From Curvularia clavata (Eukaryota), in the NCBI GenBank assembly GCA_023920165.1, contig CP089278.1, forward strand, positions 1,178,001-1,242,000: 64,000 nt of DNA. The letters are read 5' to 3'. The position numbers were made by a program, and so were the translations under genes. Positions 12,229 to 23,931 of this stretch are shown here, piece after piece (the first letter of the stretch is position 1; each line of letters starts with the position of its first letter). Below the pieces are notes generated by a model. The model was not told the origin of the DNA and made no database searches. It was given only the letters and a program-made list of their open reading frames with translations.

Positions 12229-13185
12229 TGTGCTATAAGTGTATGCTTTTCTCTGCAAAGGCTTGTTGGAGAAGAGGCGACTCGACACGGCAGCGTGTTT
12301 TTGTGGGATTCGCAGGTATTGGGGAGTGACGCAGTAAGAGAAGGAGGAAGCGAGTGTGAATAGGCCTCTAAATTTGCAGAGTGCCACTTTTTGCGGGTTC
12401 CTATGATGCGCGCACGCAGTCAGTATGAAGAAATGGAAAAAGAAGCTTCTAGCCGCACAGCAGTTTATATGCCACCATAGGATACTCGTTGGGACCACAA
12501 GCGACAGACTGACCTCGGCAGCTCGTGATACGGCGTCGCCGGAAGCTTCAATTGCTGCTATGGCCAACGTCCCAAGGTTGGCGGTGAGGGGTTTTGACAG
12601 TGGAACTAGGCTTGGCAGAAGGTTGTCGAGCGTGGGCGTCAAGCGGCTTACATACATGCGTAGATAGGGTTGATAGGCTGGAGGGGATTTCGGTCCCTTT
12701 GCGTCATGTGCATGGATCTGCAAGGTCGATTTTGGGGCGTTCGTGGATCAACAAAGCATGCGCGCTCGACAGCCAATGGCATTCAAGGAGCGGCACGCCA
12801 GGCCGACAACCAGGACCAACATTGAGTACCGACGGGAACTAATAGTACGATATGCGTTTGGTGAGCTTGCAGTTCTTGGCAGCACAGACAACAGGGATAA
12901 TAACATGGGCAGTATGTGTAGTATTGGGGTATTACAAGTCGTGTGTTCCTTCATAAACCATCGCATTAAGTATCCTCCGAGAGGCACCACACCCTCCGTC
13001 AGCAGTGATGAACAAGAAAATCCGCAAAGATAACAGCCAAAGCCATGAAACGCCAACGCTAAGCTGACGAAGATGATCCTCCTTCACCCCCAATGTCCAC
13101 ATCTCGTGCTGATAGCAGTAACCCAAGGCCCTCTCGTCACCGTCGAACAGGGACCGGCCCGCGACCCTTCTGGTGTGGTACTACT

Positions 13186-13874
13186 TTACAAGGCCAAGCC
13201 GAAGAGGGCGAGGAGACCACCAGCAAGGGCAGAGGTGCTGTACATGGCAAGGTTGGCAGCAGCGCCGCTGGGGGCAGAGCTGGACGAGGCGGCGCCGGCC
13301 GAGCCAGTAGGGCTGGGGGAGCTGCCGCTGGTAGACGAAGGGCTTCCCGAGGCAGAGCTGGAGCCGGAGCTGCTGGAGCCAGAGTTACCGGCTTCAGTGG
13401 CCTGCTCGATGGTCTTGTTGCCGCACAGGTTGTCGCGGGCCTGCTCACACTCGAACTGAGCAGTGGCGTCAGTGCCGGAGGCGGAGATACAGTTGCTGTA
13501 CCAGACCAGGCACATCTGGCCGGGGACGGTCTGCTGGTACTGGCTCATGGTGCTCGAGACATCGGTACCGTTGCGGCACTTGCAAGAGAACTTGAGGGTG
13601 GACTGGGCGCATGTTAGTACTAAAAACTGCCAGTGGCACACGACGGGACACGTACGGAATCACACTGGTTGCCGTTGCTGGCAAGCTGACCGCGACCACC
13701 GCAGAGCTCGACGCAGGTGTTCTGGTTGGCCTGGCACCACGACTGCCTGTCGTCCTGGTCGACCGAGTTGGGGTCAACAGTGCAGCACTGGATCGGGGTG
13801 TTGAAGGTGCTGTTCTGGGCGGCGGCAAAGCCGGCAAAGGCCGAGACGGCGACGAAGATGGTGGAGGAGCGCAT
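13186..13874 (-). CDS. Secreted Cys-rich, Ser/Gly-rich, probably GPI-anchored cell-surface protein
   Basis: Signal peptide MRSSTIFVAVSAFAGFAAAQ. Intron 13655-13603. Cys-rich domain, S/G-rich stalk and hydrophobic tail ALAGGLLALFGLAL. Confidence 0.85.
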
Positions 13875-16076
13875 TGTTGTGGATGGGGCAAAGTATCAAT
13901 GCCTGTGGTCCGAGGAGAGTCAGCGGAAGGCCGGCAATGGGAGCAGAGGAGGGCAGCGCGGTGAGGCGACGCGAGGGTGAATGTGCGACACCAAGCGCGC
14001 AGGCAATGGGCGCAATTGTGTGTTTCCTCGGGCCGCCGTCCTGTCTGGGGTGCGGCACACTTACAGCTTGATGTATAATGGGGAGACGGATAACAGAGAC
14101 GAGTGGTGTTGCTGGGGACGGCAGGAATATATGCTGCAACGCACGGGCGATACAGGACGGCTAGTCGGCCGTGCTTGCCTACTCGGAGCTAGTGCTAGGG
14201 CCATTGTTTTCATGATACGCTCAGACGCGGCGGAACCTTCACCTTGGGCACACGCTGCTTGCCCATTTTGTTCTTTGACTGCCGGCAAATGGCTCACCAT
14301 GGCCATGGTGCCTCGTCTTGCTCTCCTCTCCTCTGCTCACGTCTTCTGTTCCTCTGGTGCCATTGAGGCCCTTGATGCCTGCTGCCCATTGGCGCCTCTG
14401 CCTCTGCCGTTGCACGTCGCGTGTCATGTCATGACGACTGACGGCATCGTCACCATCTCGCGGCTTCGGTTTCAGATATCGCCAGTGACAAAACCCGCCA
14501 CGCTTCGGATATGCGCCTGCAGCTTGCGCCAGCCAAACCCCGCTCAACCGGCTGGCTGCCAACTGCCAACCAAGCTCCCAAGGCCCTACGCTGGTTAGGT
14601 TGTCCCTCTATCTGACGGTGCTATGCCGCCTCGGCCCAAGTGCGTCGCGTCGCTTGGTTGGGGCATGGAGGATCGATAGCTGGTCGCAACCCTGCACAGT
14701 GGCCGTGCATTCTGTGCAAACCCCATCCAAATGAACAGTACTTGGACTGTCATATCCGGGGCGTGCCAATGAGGTCCGCCTTGCTCGCCCGGGCCACGCT
14801 CTGCCGCTGCACCACAAGCCTGAGCAAAAAGCAGTGCCAGTGTCGGATCAATTTGGGCCCTCTATCCCATGGTTTCACGTCGCCGGCCAGCAACCACTGC
14901 CGGCGACATGAAGCCACAGGTAGACTACGTACGTGTACACCCGCCTGCCTGTGGCCGTGGCCGTTACTGGAGGAACGCTATTTGCTTGACTTCCGCATTA
15001 CCAGCCTTAGCGTATTGCCTGCCTTGCTGGGCCGCGTGCATACATACCAGTCCTCGGCCCGCCCAGGACCAGCTGCATGTGCCCACTCCGACGGCCCAAT
15101 CACCGCCCGCCCGCCAGATTAGCCATTACAGGAATGCATGCTGATTTTGTTGTGAAGCCATGCCCATCGCCACACACCGCCATGCGCTCAACACACTGCT
15201 CATCTCCACCCTGTGCGGATCCTCCCACCAATCACCCAAACACAAAATGCGCCCTATCGTGCAACCATGGGGAAAGCACCAGCGCTTGTCTGTACACGCA
15301 ACCCAGAGGCGGTGACTCTGGCGAGTATGGCTGCAACAATGCGCGTCCCCATGTTACCATGTACCCCGGAATCGCAGTAGTCTATCACCAGAAAGGTTAA
15401 TACATGCACTCTACGCCAGCTGCTTGCGTGGCTGGATCGTGGCGCGACGGCACTCCATCTTCTGTCCGTTCTGTCAACTCGCCAGCCACCATGAATGATC
15501 GCTCCCTCTTCACATCAGCAATGTGCATGCACACTGTCACTTTTTGCGCGTGTGGCATGAGATAAGACAATGTGGTGTCATCACACAGGTGGGTCCTTCT
15601 ACTCCACGCATCACAACTCCTACGAATACGATAGCCCTCACCTCTTCTTTCGGTTGAATTATGGAACAAAAACAATGCATGCAAAACCCGGCAGATAGCC
15701 GCTTGGGCCCCCCATCGAACATGTGGTTTGTGCGCACCGTCAACATGCTTATCTAAATCCATCACCGCCCTCTTCCGCAGAGTCTAACACTGCCTGCTTT
15801 TTCTCAACGAGCTGCCTGCTTTGTTGCTTCATGTTCCAGACTTCGTGTACATTCTATAAAGTTTGTGGCTCGTGTTGTGCTGAGGCACTCTTCATAAGCG
15901 CTTGCAGTAGAGTAGAGTCGCGCTTCTACCTTTACAGCCGAGATGATGTCACGACTCCAAACTGGGTCTGGCAGTGAGGTGGGACTTCACACACATCCTA
16001 TGCAGTTTCGAGCGGACGCATCGCCATTACTACCATTGGTAGCCCGTTTCCCACCCATTGGCATCCCATTTTTGCA

Positions 16077-19000
16077 ATGCACAACAATTATTTCGTCTGC
16101 ACCCTCGGACAAGCGGCTGTTCTTAATACAAGTCCGAAGTCGTACCGAAACATCAGCGAGTTCCTTAATTGGCAGGCCCATCACCACCCCTTACTCCCTG
16201 CTGTCGGCTTTCCGATTCCCAAGCCAAGCCATCAGCCGTGGGAATATAAGGTCGCCACTTTTCAAGATGTCAATCATGGCGTGGATGCCTTCGCCTCACG
16301 ACTCTCGACTGTTCTTGGCCCATCGTGTGTCCCACAGACTGTTGCTCTGTTGTGTCACAGCTCGCCTGAATTCCTATTCACTTGGCTGGGATTGATAAGA
16401 CTAGGGCATGCAGTCTTGCTTATAGCCCCTCAATGTCAGCCAGCTGCGATTCTGCACCTCTGCACTTCATGCCGAGTTTCAATCTTACTTTACGATGAGG
16501 CCCATGCTGAGAGGGCGGGACAAACGGATGAATTAGCAAGAGAGCAAGGATCGTCTATACTAGAAACAAAGCCGCTACCACTAGGTGGCTCGGAGGACAT
16601 ATGGGAAGTAATTGAGGAGCCGAGCGAGATTAGTATTGAGCCTCTCCATGTTGATGGAGGTGCAGTCGCATATCTGCATCACACCTCTGGAACTTCCTCT
16701 GGCCTCCCAAAGCCTATTCCACAGTCGCACCGAGCAGCCATTGGCGTGCTTCCGCACCTCCCGAAAATACCGGCCATCGCTTCATTCACTACAACCCCAC
16801 TCTATCATGGAGGCATTGCAGACTTATTTAGATGTTGGACTAGCAATGCCCTGGTATGGCTCTTTCCGGGCAAAGATGTGCCCATCACAGCACGCAATGT
16901 CTGTAATTGCCTAGATGCTGCCAAGGAATATGCAAAAATAGAAGGGCTACCCAAAGTCAAATACTTCTCATCAGTCCCTTATGTGCTTCAGATGATGGAG
17001 GCGGACGAAAGAGGGCTGGAACTGCTCCAGGGCATGGATATTGTGGGTGTTGGAGGTGCAGCATTACCTACAGAGGTCGGCGATCGCCTCGCCAGAAAGG
17101 GAGTCAATCTCATCTCACGGTTTGGAAGCGCGGAATGTGGCTTCATCCTATCATCGTATCGTGAATTCAGTGCAGACCAAGACTGGCAATACTTGAGAAA
17201 CTACAACCCACCAAAGCTTTTGGAATTCGAGAAGCGCGAAGGTGGTCTGGCTGAACTTGTTATCAAACCTGGGTGGCCACATATGGTAACGTTCTCAACT
17301 CTACACACCACATGGCTGGCTGTTAACATCATTCAGGCAAAACAAAACCGACCAGATGGATCGTTCGCTACCGCTGATCTATTTGCGCCTCATCCTACAA
17401 TCAAGGATGTTTGGATATATCACTCACGAGCAGACTCCCAGCTCACCCTTATCACAGGAAAAAAGTTTGATCCGACACCACTCGAGGACGCTCTTGCGAC
17501 GTCTCCCTACCTTGATGACGTTCTAATCTTTGGCAATAATCGGCCATTCCCAGGTGCACTGCTCCTGAGATCCAAACAAGCCAGTGAGATGTCTGATGAC
17601 GAATTGCTCAGCATTGTCAAGAGACATGTAGAGAAGCTGAACAACGACAGTCAGGACCATGCCCGGATTCCGTTTGACATGTTAGTCCCAGTCCCCCATC
17701 AGGAAAAGCCTCTCGAGAAAAGCAGCAAGGGTACCATCATCCGAAGGGTAGCAGAATCCCGGTTTGAAGACGTCATCAATCATGCATACAGCGCTCAAGA
17801 CTCTGATGATTCACTCAAGGTGAAAGATCAAGACTTGTCGCAGCACTTGATCAATCTCATCCAGGGCCTAACCGGGCAAACCGCGGAGCTCACGGAAGAT
17901 ATGGACTTGTTCTCATATGGCATGGATTCTATTGCGTGCATGCAGCTAAGAATACGACTAAGACGGCTGGTTCCCAATCTGGAGGGACAGCTGCCCATGA
18001 GCGTGGTCGAGGATTGCGGTTCTATTCGACGGCTAACAGAATACATGTTGCGAAAAAGACACGGAGAAAGTGACGCGAGAGAAGAAGATGACGATCAATC
18101 AATGTTGGATATGGTAGAGCGGTACAGCTCATTCCAGAAGCCAGATCCAGATACATCTGTCAACGGTCCTCCAGAGCAGAACCCAGGCAACGATGTTGTT
18201 GTGCTTACTGGGGCCACTGGCGCGCTAGGCGCACACATCTTGAGTCTACTACAGAAGACACCCACTGTCTCAGCTGTATACTGTCTCGTCAGAGGAGCAG
18301 ACGAAGTAGCAGCAAGGGAACGCGTTAACAAAGCGCTGCAGCAACGTGGTCTCATCAGCATAGGTCCTCCTGGTACCTCGAACAGCAAAGTCGAAGTATT
18401 ACCAGCACAGCTAGGCAACGAGCGTTTGGGATTAGACGATGAAACATACGGTTATCTTGCGGCGAAAGTGACTCTGATCATTCACGTCGCATGGACCGTC
18501 AACTTCCGTCTCAAACTGCGCAGCTTCGAAAAAGACAACATTGCTGGGGTGCGAAACCTCCTCAACCTTGGGCTAAAGGCATCACGCTCACGGCCTCCTC
18601 GCTTCTTGTACTGTTCCTCGACGGCAGCAATTATGAATGGCGCCTTGGATGACACAGGCAAACTGCCTGAAACAATCACCTCTATGCCCTCTTCAGCGTC
18701 GTCTTTGGGTTACTCTCGCTCAAAATGGGTCGCAGAGCATATTTGCTTGCGAGCTCACGAGCAAACAGCGCTTCAGGGGCGTGTCGCTGTTGTGCGTGTT
18801 GGTCAGCTCACCGGTGACTCAACCACCGGGGTGTGGAACACAAAGGAAGCTTGGCCGATGATGCTGAGCACGGCAAGGCTGATTCAATGCCTTCCTGACT
18901 TGGGCGCAGAACCACTTGACTGGCTACCTGTAGACGTCGCCGCAAAAGCCCTGTTAGAAGCAGCAGACACGCTCGAGAAAAATGCTTCCATGCCCGTCTT

Positions 19001-19319
19001 CCATGTGCTGAACCCGCACCAAACCCCGACTTGGCATCAGATGTTGAATTGGCTGCAGAAGCGGGAGAACCTTGACATTATGACGCCTAGAGAATGGGTC
19101 GAGCGGCTTGAAGACGCTGCGGATTCCAATCACTCTGCGTTGAAGCTGTTGGGCCTCTGGAAAGAGTCATACGGTGTTGAATCCGCCGAATTAGGCGCCC
19201 GACCGCAGTTCTCAACGAAGAATACAAGCAAGCGCGTGTCGGTGTTAAGAGATGTGCAGCCGCTGGATGAGGAATATATAGAGAGGATGTGGTACTGGGT
19301 ACAGCAAAACGTACGCTAA
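16077..19319 (+). CDS. NRPS-like A-T-R enzyme (carboxylic-acid-reductase-like)
   Basis: A domain: YLHHTSGTSSGLPKPI, RFGSAECG, FATADLF, SRADSQL. T domain: DLFSYGMDSI (phosphopantetheine Ser). R domain: VVLTGATGALG, YSRSK. Probable in-frame intron 17286-17336. Confidence 0.9.
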   Translation: MHNNYFVCTLGQAAVLNTSPKSYRNISEFLNWQAHHHPLLPAVGFPIPKPSHQPWEYKVATFQDVNHGVDAFASRLSTVLGPSCVPQTVALLCHSSPEFLFTWLGLIRLGHAVLLIAPQCQPAAILHLCTSCRVSILLYDEAHAERAGQTDELAREQGSSILETKPLPLGGSEDIWEVIEEPSEISIEPLHVDGGAVAYLHHTSGTSSGLPKPIPQSHRAAIGVLPHLPKIPAIASFTTTPLYHGGIADLFRCWTSNALVWLFPGKDVPITARNVCNCLDAAKEYAKIEGLPKVKYFSSVPYVLQMMEADERGLELLQGMDIVGVGGAALPTEVGDRLARKGVNLISRFGSAECGFILSSYREFSADQDWQYLRNYNPPKLLEFEKREGGLAELVIKPGWPHMVTFSTLHTTWLAVNIIQAKQNRPDGSFATADLFAPHPTIKDVWIYHSRADSQLTLITGKKFDPTPLEDALATSPYLDDVLIFGNNRPFPGALLLRSKQASEMSDDELLSIVKRHVEKLNNDSQDHARIPFDMLVPVPHQEKPLEKSSKGTIIRRVAESRFEDVINHAYSAQDSDDSLKVKDQDLSQHLINLIQGLTGQTAELTEDMDLFSYGMDSIACMQLRIRLRRLVPNLEGQLPMSVVEDCGSIRRLTEYMLRKRHGESDAREEDDDQSMLDMVERYSSFQKPDPDTSVNGPPEQNPGNDVVVLTGATGALGAHILSLLQKTPTVSAVYCLVRGADEVAARERVNKALQQRGLISIGPPGTSNSKVEVLPAQLGNERLGLDDETYGYLAAKVTLIIHVAWTVNFRLKLRSFEKDNIAGVRNLLNLGLKASRSRPPRFLYCSSTAAIMNGALDDTGKLPETITSMPSSASSLGYSRSKWVAEHICLRAHEQTALQGRVAVVRVGQLTGDSTTGVWNTKEAWPMMLSTARLIQCLPDLGAEPLDWLPVDVAAKALLEAADTLEKNASMPVFHVLNPHQTPTWHQMLNWLQKRENLDIMTPREWVERLEDAADSNHSALKLLGLWKESYGVESAELGARPQFSTKNTSKRVSVLRDVQPLDEEYIERMWYWVQQNVR

Positions 19320-20968
19320 AGGGAGCCATTTTTGGGGGGGTTGCGGGGGGGTTCATAATACGTAACTTCGCGCGTACCCAAGACCCGATACCGAGATAGA
19401 CAATGCCACATGCGAGAATCAAGTCGTTTGATCTGTGTTGAGTCATTGTCAATGTTTATGCACATTACCTGTTTATCTAACCGAAACCGGGAGGTGTATT
19501 GCTTTCAGTTGGTGGAATGCGGTCATACTATGTTTCTCATAATTTGCTCTTGAACACAGCCACAGAGAGTATGTTGTGTTGTGTTGGTAGTACAAGGGGT
19601 TGCCCCGTGCGTATGACGTGCATACTTATTACGGTCGTAAGCAAATCCAACGTATACCGTGGCATACAGCCGCAGGGCACACAATAAAGAAAAGGGCGCT
19701 TCACAAACATCAGGAGAGATGTGAGTCGTGTATACCCGACTTACGGCCTTCTAATCTATTTTCTTGCCTCTGGCATGAAGAACTCATCTGCGACTTGTCT
19801 GAAGCACTGCAAGTGACTGGTGATGAATGGCTTGAGTCATGGGGACTATTTTCGCATTCCGTATCGTTCTCGTCGTATAGCGGGCGGCGGAAGGTAATTT
19901 GGCTCCGACCTCCGATCTAAGTGTGCCAAGCCGTGCGCCCCGGTCCAATCCAAAGGGCTTGACAGAAGGTTAGCCTTCTAGTTTATATTATGGATCCACT
20001 GGGCGTTGGAGCTAATTGCATCTGATGAGGGTTAGTTGGTCGAGATTTACGTAGCGAGGAGATCTTGGTTTTTTGTTCTGATCGGTTCTGCGCACGACTG
20101 AGAGAAAGGAGTAGCATTGCCGAAGGATGTACGTGTGTGAGTCATGGAGCAGAGATTCCGCGGCGGAGATTTGTCTCTCTCACTATGCATTTTGCATGAG
20201 AAGTAGGACGTCAAGATAGACAATCCAGGTGATGATGTCAGCAGACAAAGGGTGGTCGAGAACGCGGAAAAAAAAGAGTTAGGGCTGGCCCAGTTAGCGT
20301 CGAACGCTTTCGGGGTGCGCGCACTCCGTTGGTGGTCGGCCATTGCAATTCCAAACCGCACGGCTTGTGATGAGAACGGAGACAGATTAAGCCACAAGGA
20401 TCGGCGCGCCGGCGCGAGGTTTTCTCTGGGACAAGTTTGCGGTCTGCTCGTTTCGGCTACCGAGCAAATAGGCCCCCTGCGATGTGCTGCGAGGTGCAAG
20501 GCGTAATGCCATCGGTCGTGCGGCTGGCGGCAGAAGACCGCTCAGAGTCGTGTGGCTTGTAATCAGGCAGCAAAACAAGCAGCCGGACGAAATGTCGTTC
20601 CGATGAATCATCGTCGCGCCTTAGGCTGCCCTTTTTCGCACACCGAAGTAGCCCTAAACTCCGGGAAGCCTGGACGAAACGTCGGGATCTGAGCTCACTT
20701 CTAGATCCTTCGTGATGCAGGCTCCACTTGGACGGTTATGGTCAGGAAATCGAATCCGTAGCTGCCCTGCGCCCTTTGTGGGGGAGACTATCTTGACTCC
20801 TTTTTTTTTCTCGCCAGCCGCGGAGTGGTCCATATAACTAGACGCGTATCCTTCACTCTTGTCAGTGCTCCTGCTAGTTGTATCATTCTCCTCTATATCC
20901 AGTCGACTCCGACTTCCCTGCGACAAAGCAAAGACGACACACGTGCACGTACCGACTCAGTTGTCTAG

Positions 20969-22868
20969 ATGAGCGACCCAAACAACAACCTTCGTCCATC
21001 TAGTATGGCCGACTCGGAGAAGACGGCCACACCGAGTGTCCAGAACACACTGGGCAACGAGACAAAGGGTCCTGTCGAGACTGTGCTTCCCGCATCGACA
21101 GCGGCCGTAGATGCTGCAGCACCCATTGCTGTTGCCGATGAAAAGACGTCGCGACCAAACTCGACAGCCAGCCCAACCGCAGCAGACGACGATGACGACT
21201 TCGAATACCCAACCAAATGGAAGCTGACTGCTATCACGATTGCTCTTTGTCTTAGTGTCTTTTGCATGGCCCTGGTAAGTCTGATGTAATACCCGCGATT
21301 AGTCTGCCGTGGTTCCACGGCATTGGTACACACAACGGTGATCGGCGTGACCTGCGTGACGCCAAGTAACTCTTCATATGAACGTACCGAACGCTAACAC
21401 CTAGACGTAGGACAACACCATCATCGCGACAGCTATTCCTCGCATTACAGATCAGTTCAAGGCCCTGAATGATGTCGGTTGGTACGGATCTTCGTACCTG
21501 CTCACCACATGCGCAACCCAGCTCATGTACGGTAAATTCTACACCTACTACTCCATCAAGTGGATCTACCTCATCGCACTTGGCATCTTCGAACTCGGCT
21601 CCCTCATCTGTGGTGTTGCGCCAAACTCGACGGCACTTATCCTTGGACGTGCCATTGCTGGTGTCGGCGCCGCTGGTATCTTCTCGGGAGCCATTCTGAT
21701 CGTCTCGGTTACGGTGCCGTTGCGCCAACGTCCCACCTACATGGGTGTGATTGGAGGCATGTACGGTATCGCATCTGTTGCTGGTCCGCTCATGGGAGGT
21801 GCCTTCACTGACCACGTGACGTGGAGAATGTGTTTCTACATCAACCTTCCCTTTGGTCTCATCACGGCAGCTTTCATCATCCCGTTCCTCAAGGTCAATC
21901 GCCGCGGTGCAAAGATCCAAGCTACGTGGCGCGAACAGATCCAGAAGTTTGATCTTCCTGGAACAGCCTGCTTTTTGCCCGCCATTGTGTGCTTGTTGCT
22001 CGCTCTACAGTGGGGTGGTAGCAAGTACCAATGGAAGGATGGTCGCATCATTGCCCTGTTGGTTCTTTTCGTCGTCCTTATCTGCGGCTTCCTTGCAGTC
22101 CAGTGGTGGAAGCAGGAAGATGCCACGGTTCCTCCCCGTGTTTTCTTGAACCGCAATGTCTGGGGATCCGCATGGTTCGGTGCTATGTTGGGCGCTAGCT
22201 TCTTCGTCATGGTCTACTATCTCCCCATCTGGTTCCAGGCGATCAAGGGGGCTTCCGCAACCAAGTCCGGAATTATGAACCTTCCAGCTATTCTTGGCCT
22301 TGTCATCATCTCCATGTTAGCTGGTGGTGCTGTCACCGCGATCGGTTATTACACCCCCTTCATGCTCATCTCGTCCGTCCTCATGGCCATCGGCGCTGGT
22401 TTGCTCTCCACCCTGGAAGTCGACAGTGGCTCCTCAAAGTGGATCGGCTACCAGTTCATTTTCGGAGCTGGTGTCGGTTTCGGCATGCAGCAGATCCTCG
22501 TTGCTGTTCAGACGGCGCTTCCTGCCGAAGATGTTGCAATTGGCACAGCGTGCATGATGTTCTTCCAGACCCTCGGCGGTGCTCTTTTCATCTCTGTTGG
22601 CCAGAACGTCTTTACCAACCAGCTCATCAAGAACCTGGAGAATATTGTGCCAGATCTTGATGCTGGCATCGTCCTGCGCACAGGAGCAACAGAGCTCAAG
22701 CACGTCATTAACTCTCAATTCCTCTCCGGCGTGCTCGTGGCATACAACAAGACGCTCGTCCAGACCTTCTACGTCTCGATTGCTGCTGGAGCAATTTCGA
22801 TTGTTGGTGCAGCTTTTGTTGAGTGGAAGTCGATGAAGGGCAAGCAGATTACCATGGCTGCTGCGTAA
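20969..22868 (+). CDS. MFS 14-TMS (DHA2-type) drug/toxin efflux pump
   Basis: [11 protein letters not shown], intron 21274-21410, then [16 protein letters not shown]. Also [43 protein letters not shown] and many TM segments. Confidence 0.92.
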
Positions 22869-23931
22869 ACGGTCGTAAATTGACGCCGACCTTTACCTTT
22901 ATGCTGCCTCAATGAACGCCTATTGTAAGGGTTTGTTTGTAAAATGATACCCCTTTCCTACAAAAACTGTCTTAGCATCGAACATGGCGTTAGAGCGATT
23001 TCTGTTGTCAGGATTTTTCTTATTGATAGATTTCAAATACGATGAGATAGCGGAATTAGGAGACGTAGCTTATGAGCTATGGAGATGGATGCGCTGAAAT
23101 AATGACTCTTCGCTCTCCGAACAAAAGATATGAATATATTTAATACATACTAGTATTTTCAATTGCAGTAACTTGAGAAGAAGAGTGATGTTTCTTTCGT
23201 TAGTTGGCAATGAGGTCAGAACTTCCACATGCTGTAAACTTGGGTCAGTTGATGCAATAATATGGTACAAAGAACCAGGTAAGTAGTACCATAGTTCGAG
23301 AGCGCCAGTCGTCTTTTGTATATACCCCTGGCATTTCCGTTCCGACCATCCGCAGACGCCGCCCGGAGAAGTCGAGCAGCCGGAGCCGAGGGAAATGAAT
23401 GACGTCAACCTCCCCTCTTCGCTGCAGGTTCTGGGGCTTTTCCGTATCTGCTTGTCACACGGAGAGTATTTTCCCTATTTGGGTGTTGGCAACAGCCAAG
23501 ACGAGGGGACCAGTGGAGTCTAACGTTGACGCCAGCAAATGAGCGTCGCTGTCCGAGATGAACGCGACGTAGCATTGGACTGCGGTACGGGGGTATTCGA
23601 ACTGTCCGCTGGTTAGCCCGAGGCTTAGCTGAGCTTGTTTTTCGCAAGGACCAGGGCCTCCCACAGAGATCAACACTCGGCCGGCTGCTGCGCCCGCCTT
23701 GGATTGCGCGTTCGACCAACACCTTTCGTTTACCCGGCCTGCATAGCATTCAATCTAGATATCACGCGATGCCGTGGCCATATTAGTCGACATTGCGACA
23801 ACGAACATCTGCACTGAATCCTTAACTGCTCCGTCCGGCGCCCGCCGAGCTCCCCTGCGCCGCAACGCGACGACCGCCAAAGTCTGCACGCCCTCGAGTC
23901 TTCGATTGACGCGCCGTCGCATACCGCCAGC

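Noticed and set aside
13981..16000. ORFs of 100-205 aa between the GPI-protein and NRPS-like genes
   Set aside because: Cys/Pro/Arg-rich, non-protein-like composition; most likely promoter DNA.
23270..23290. ACTTACCTGG on the minus strand resembling the 5' end of U1 snRNA
   Set aside because: The downstream sequence lacks recognisable U1 stem-loops and an Sm site. It is simply the complement of CAG/GTAAGT.
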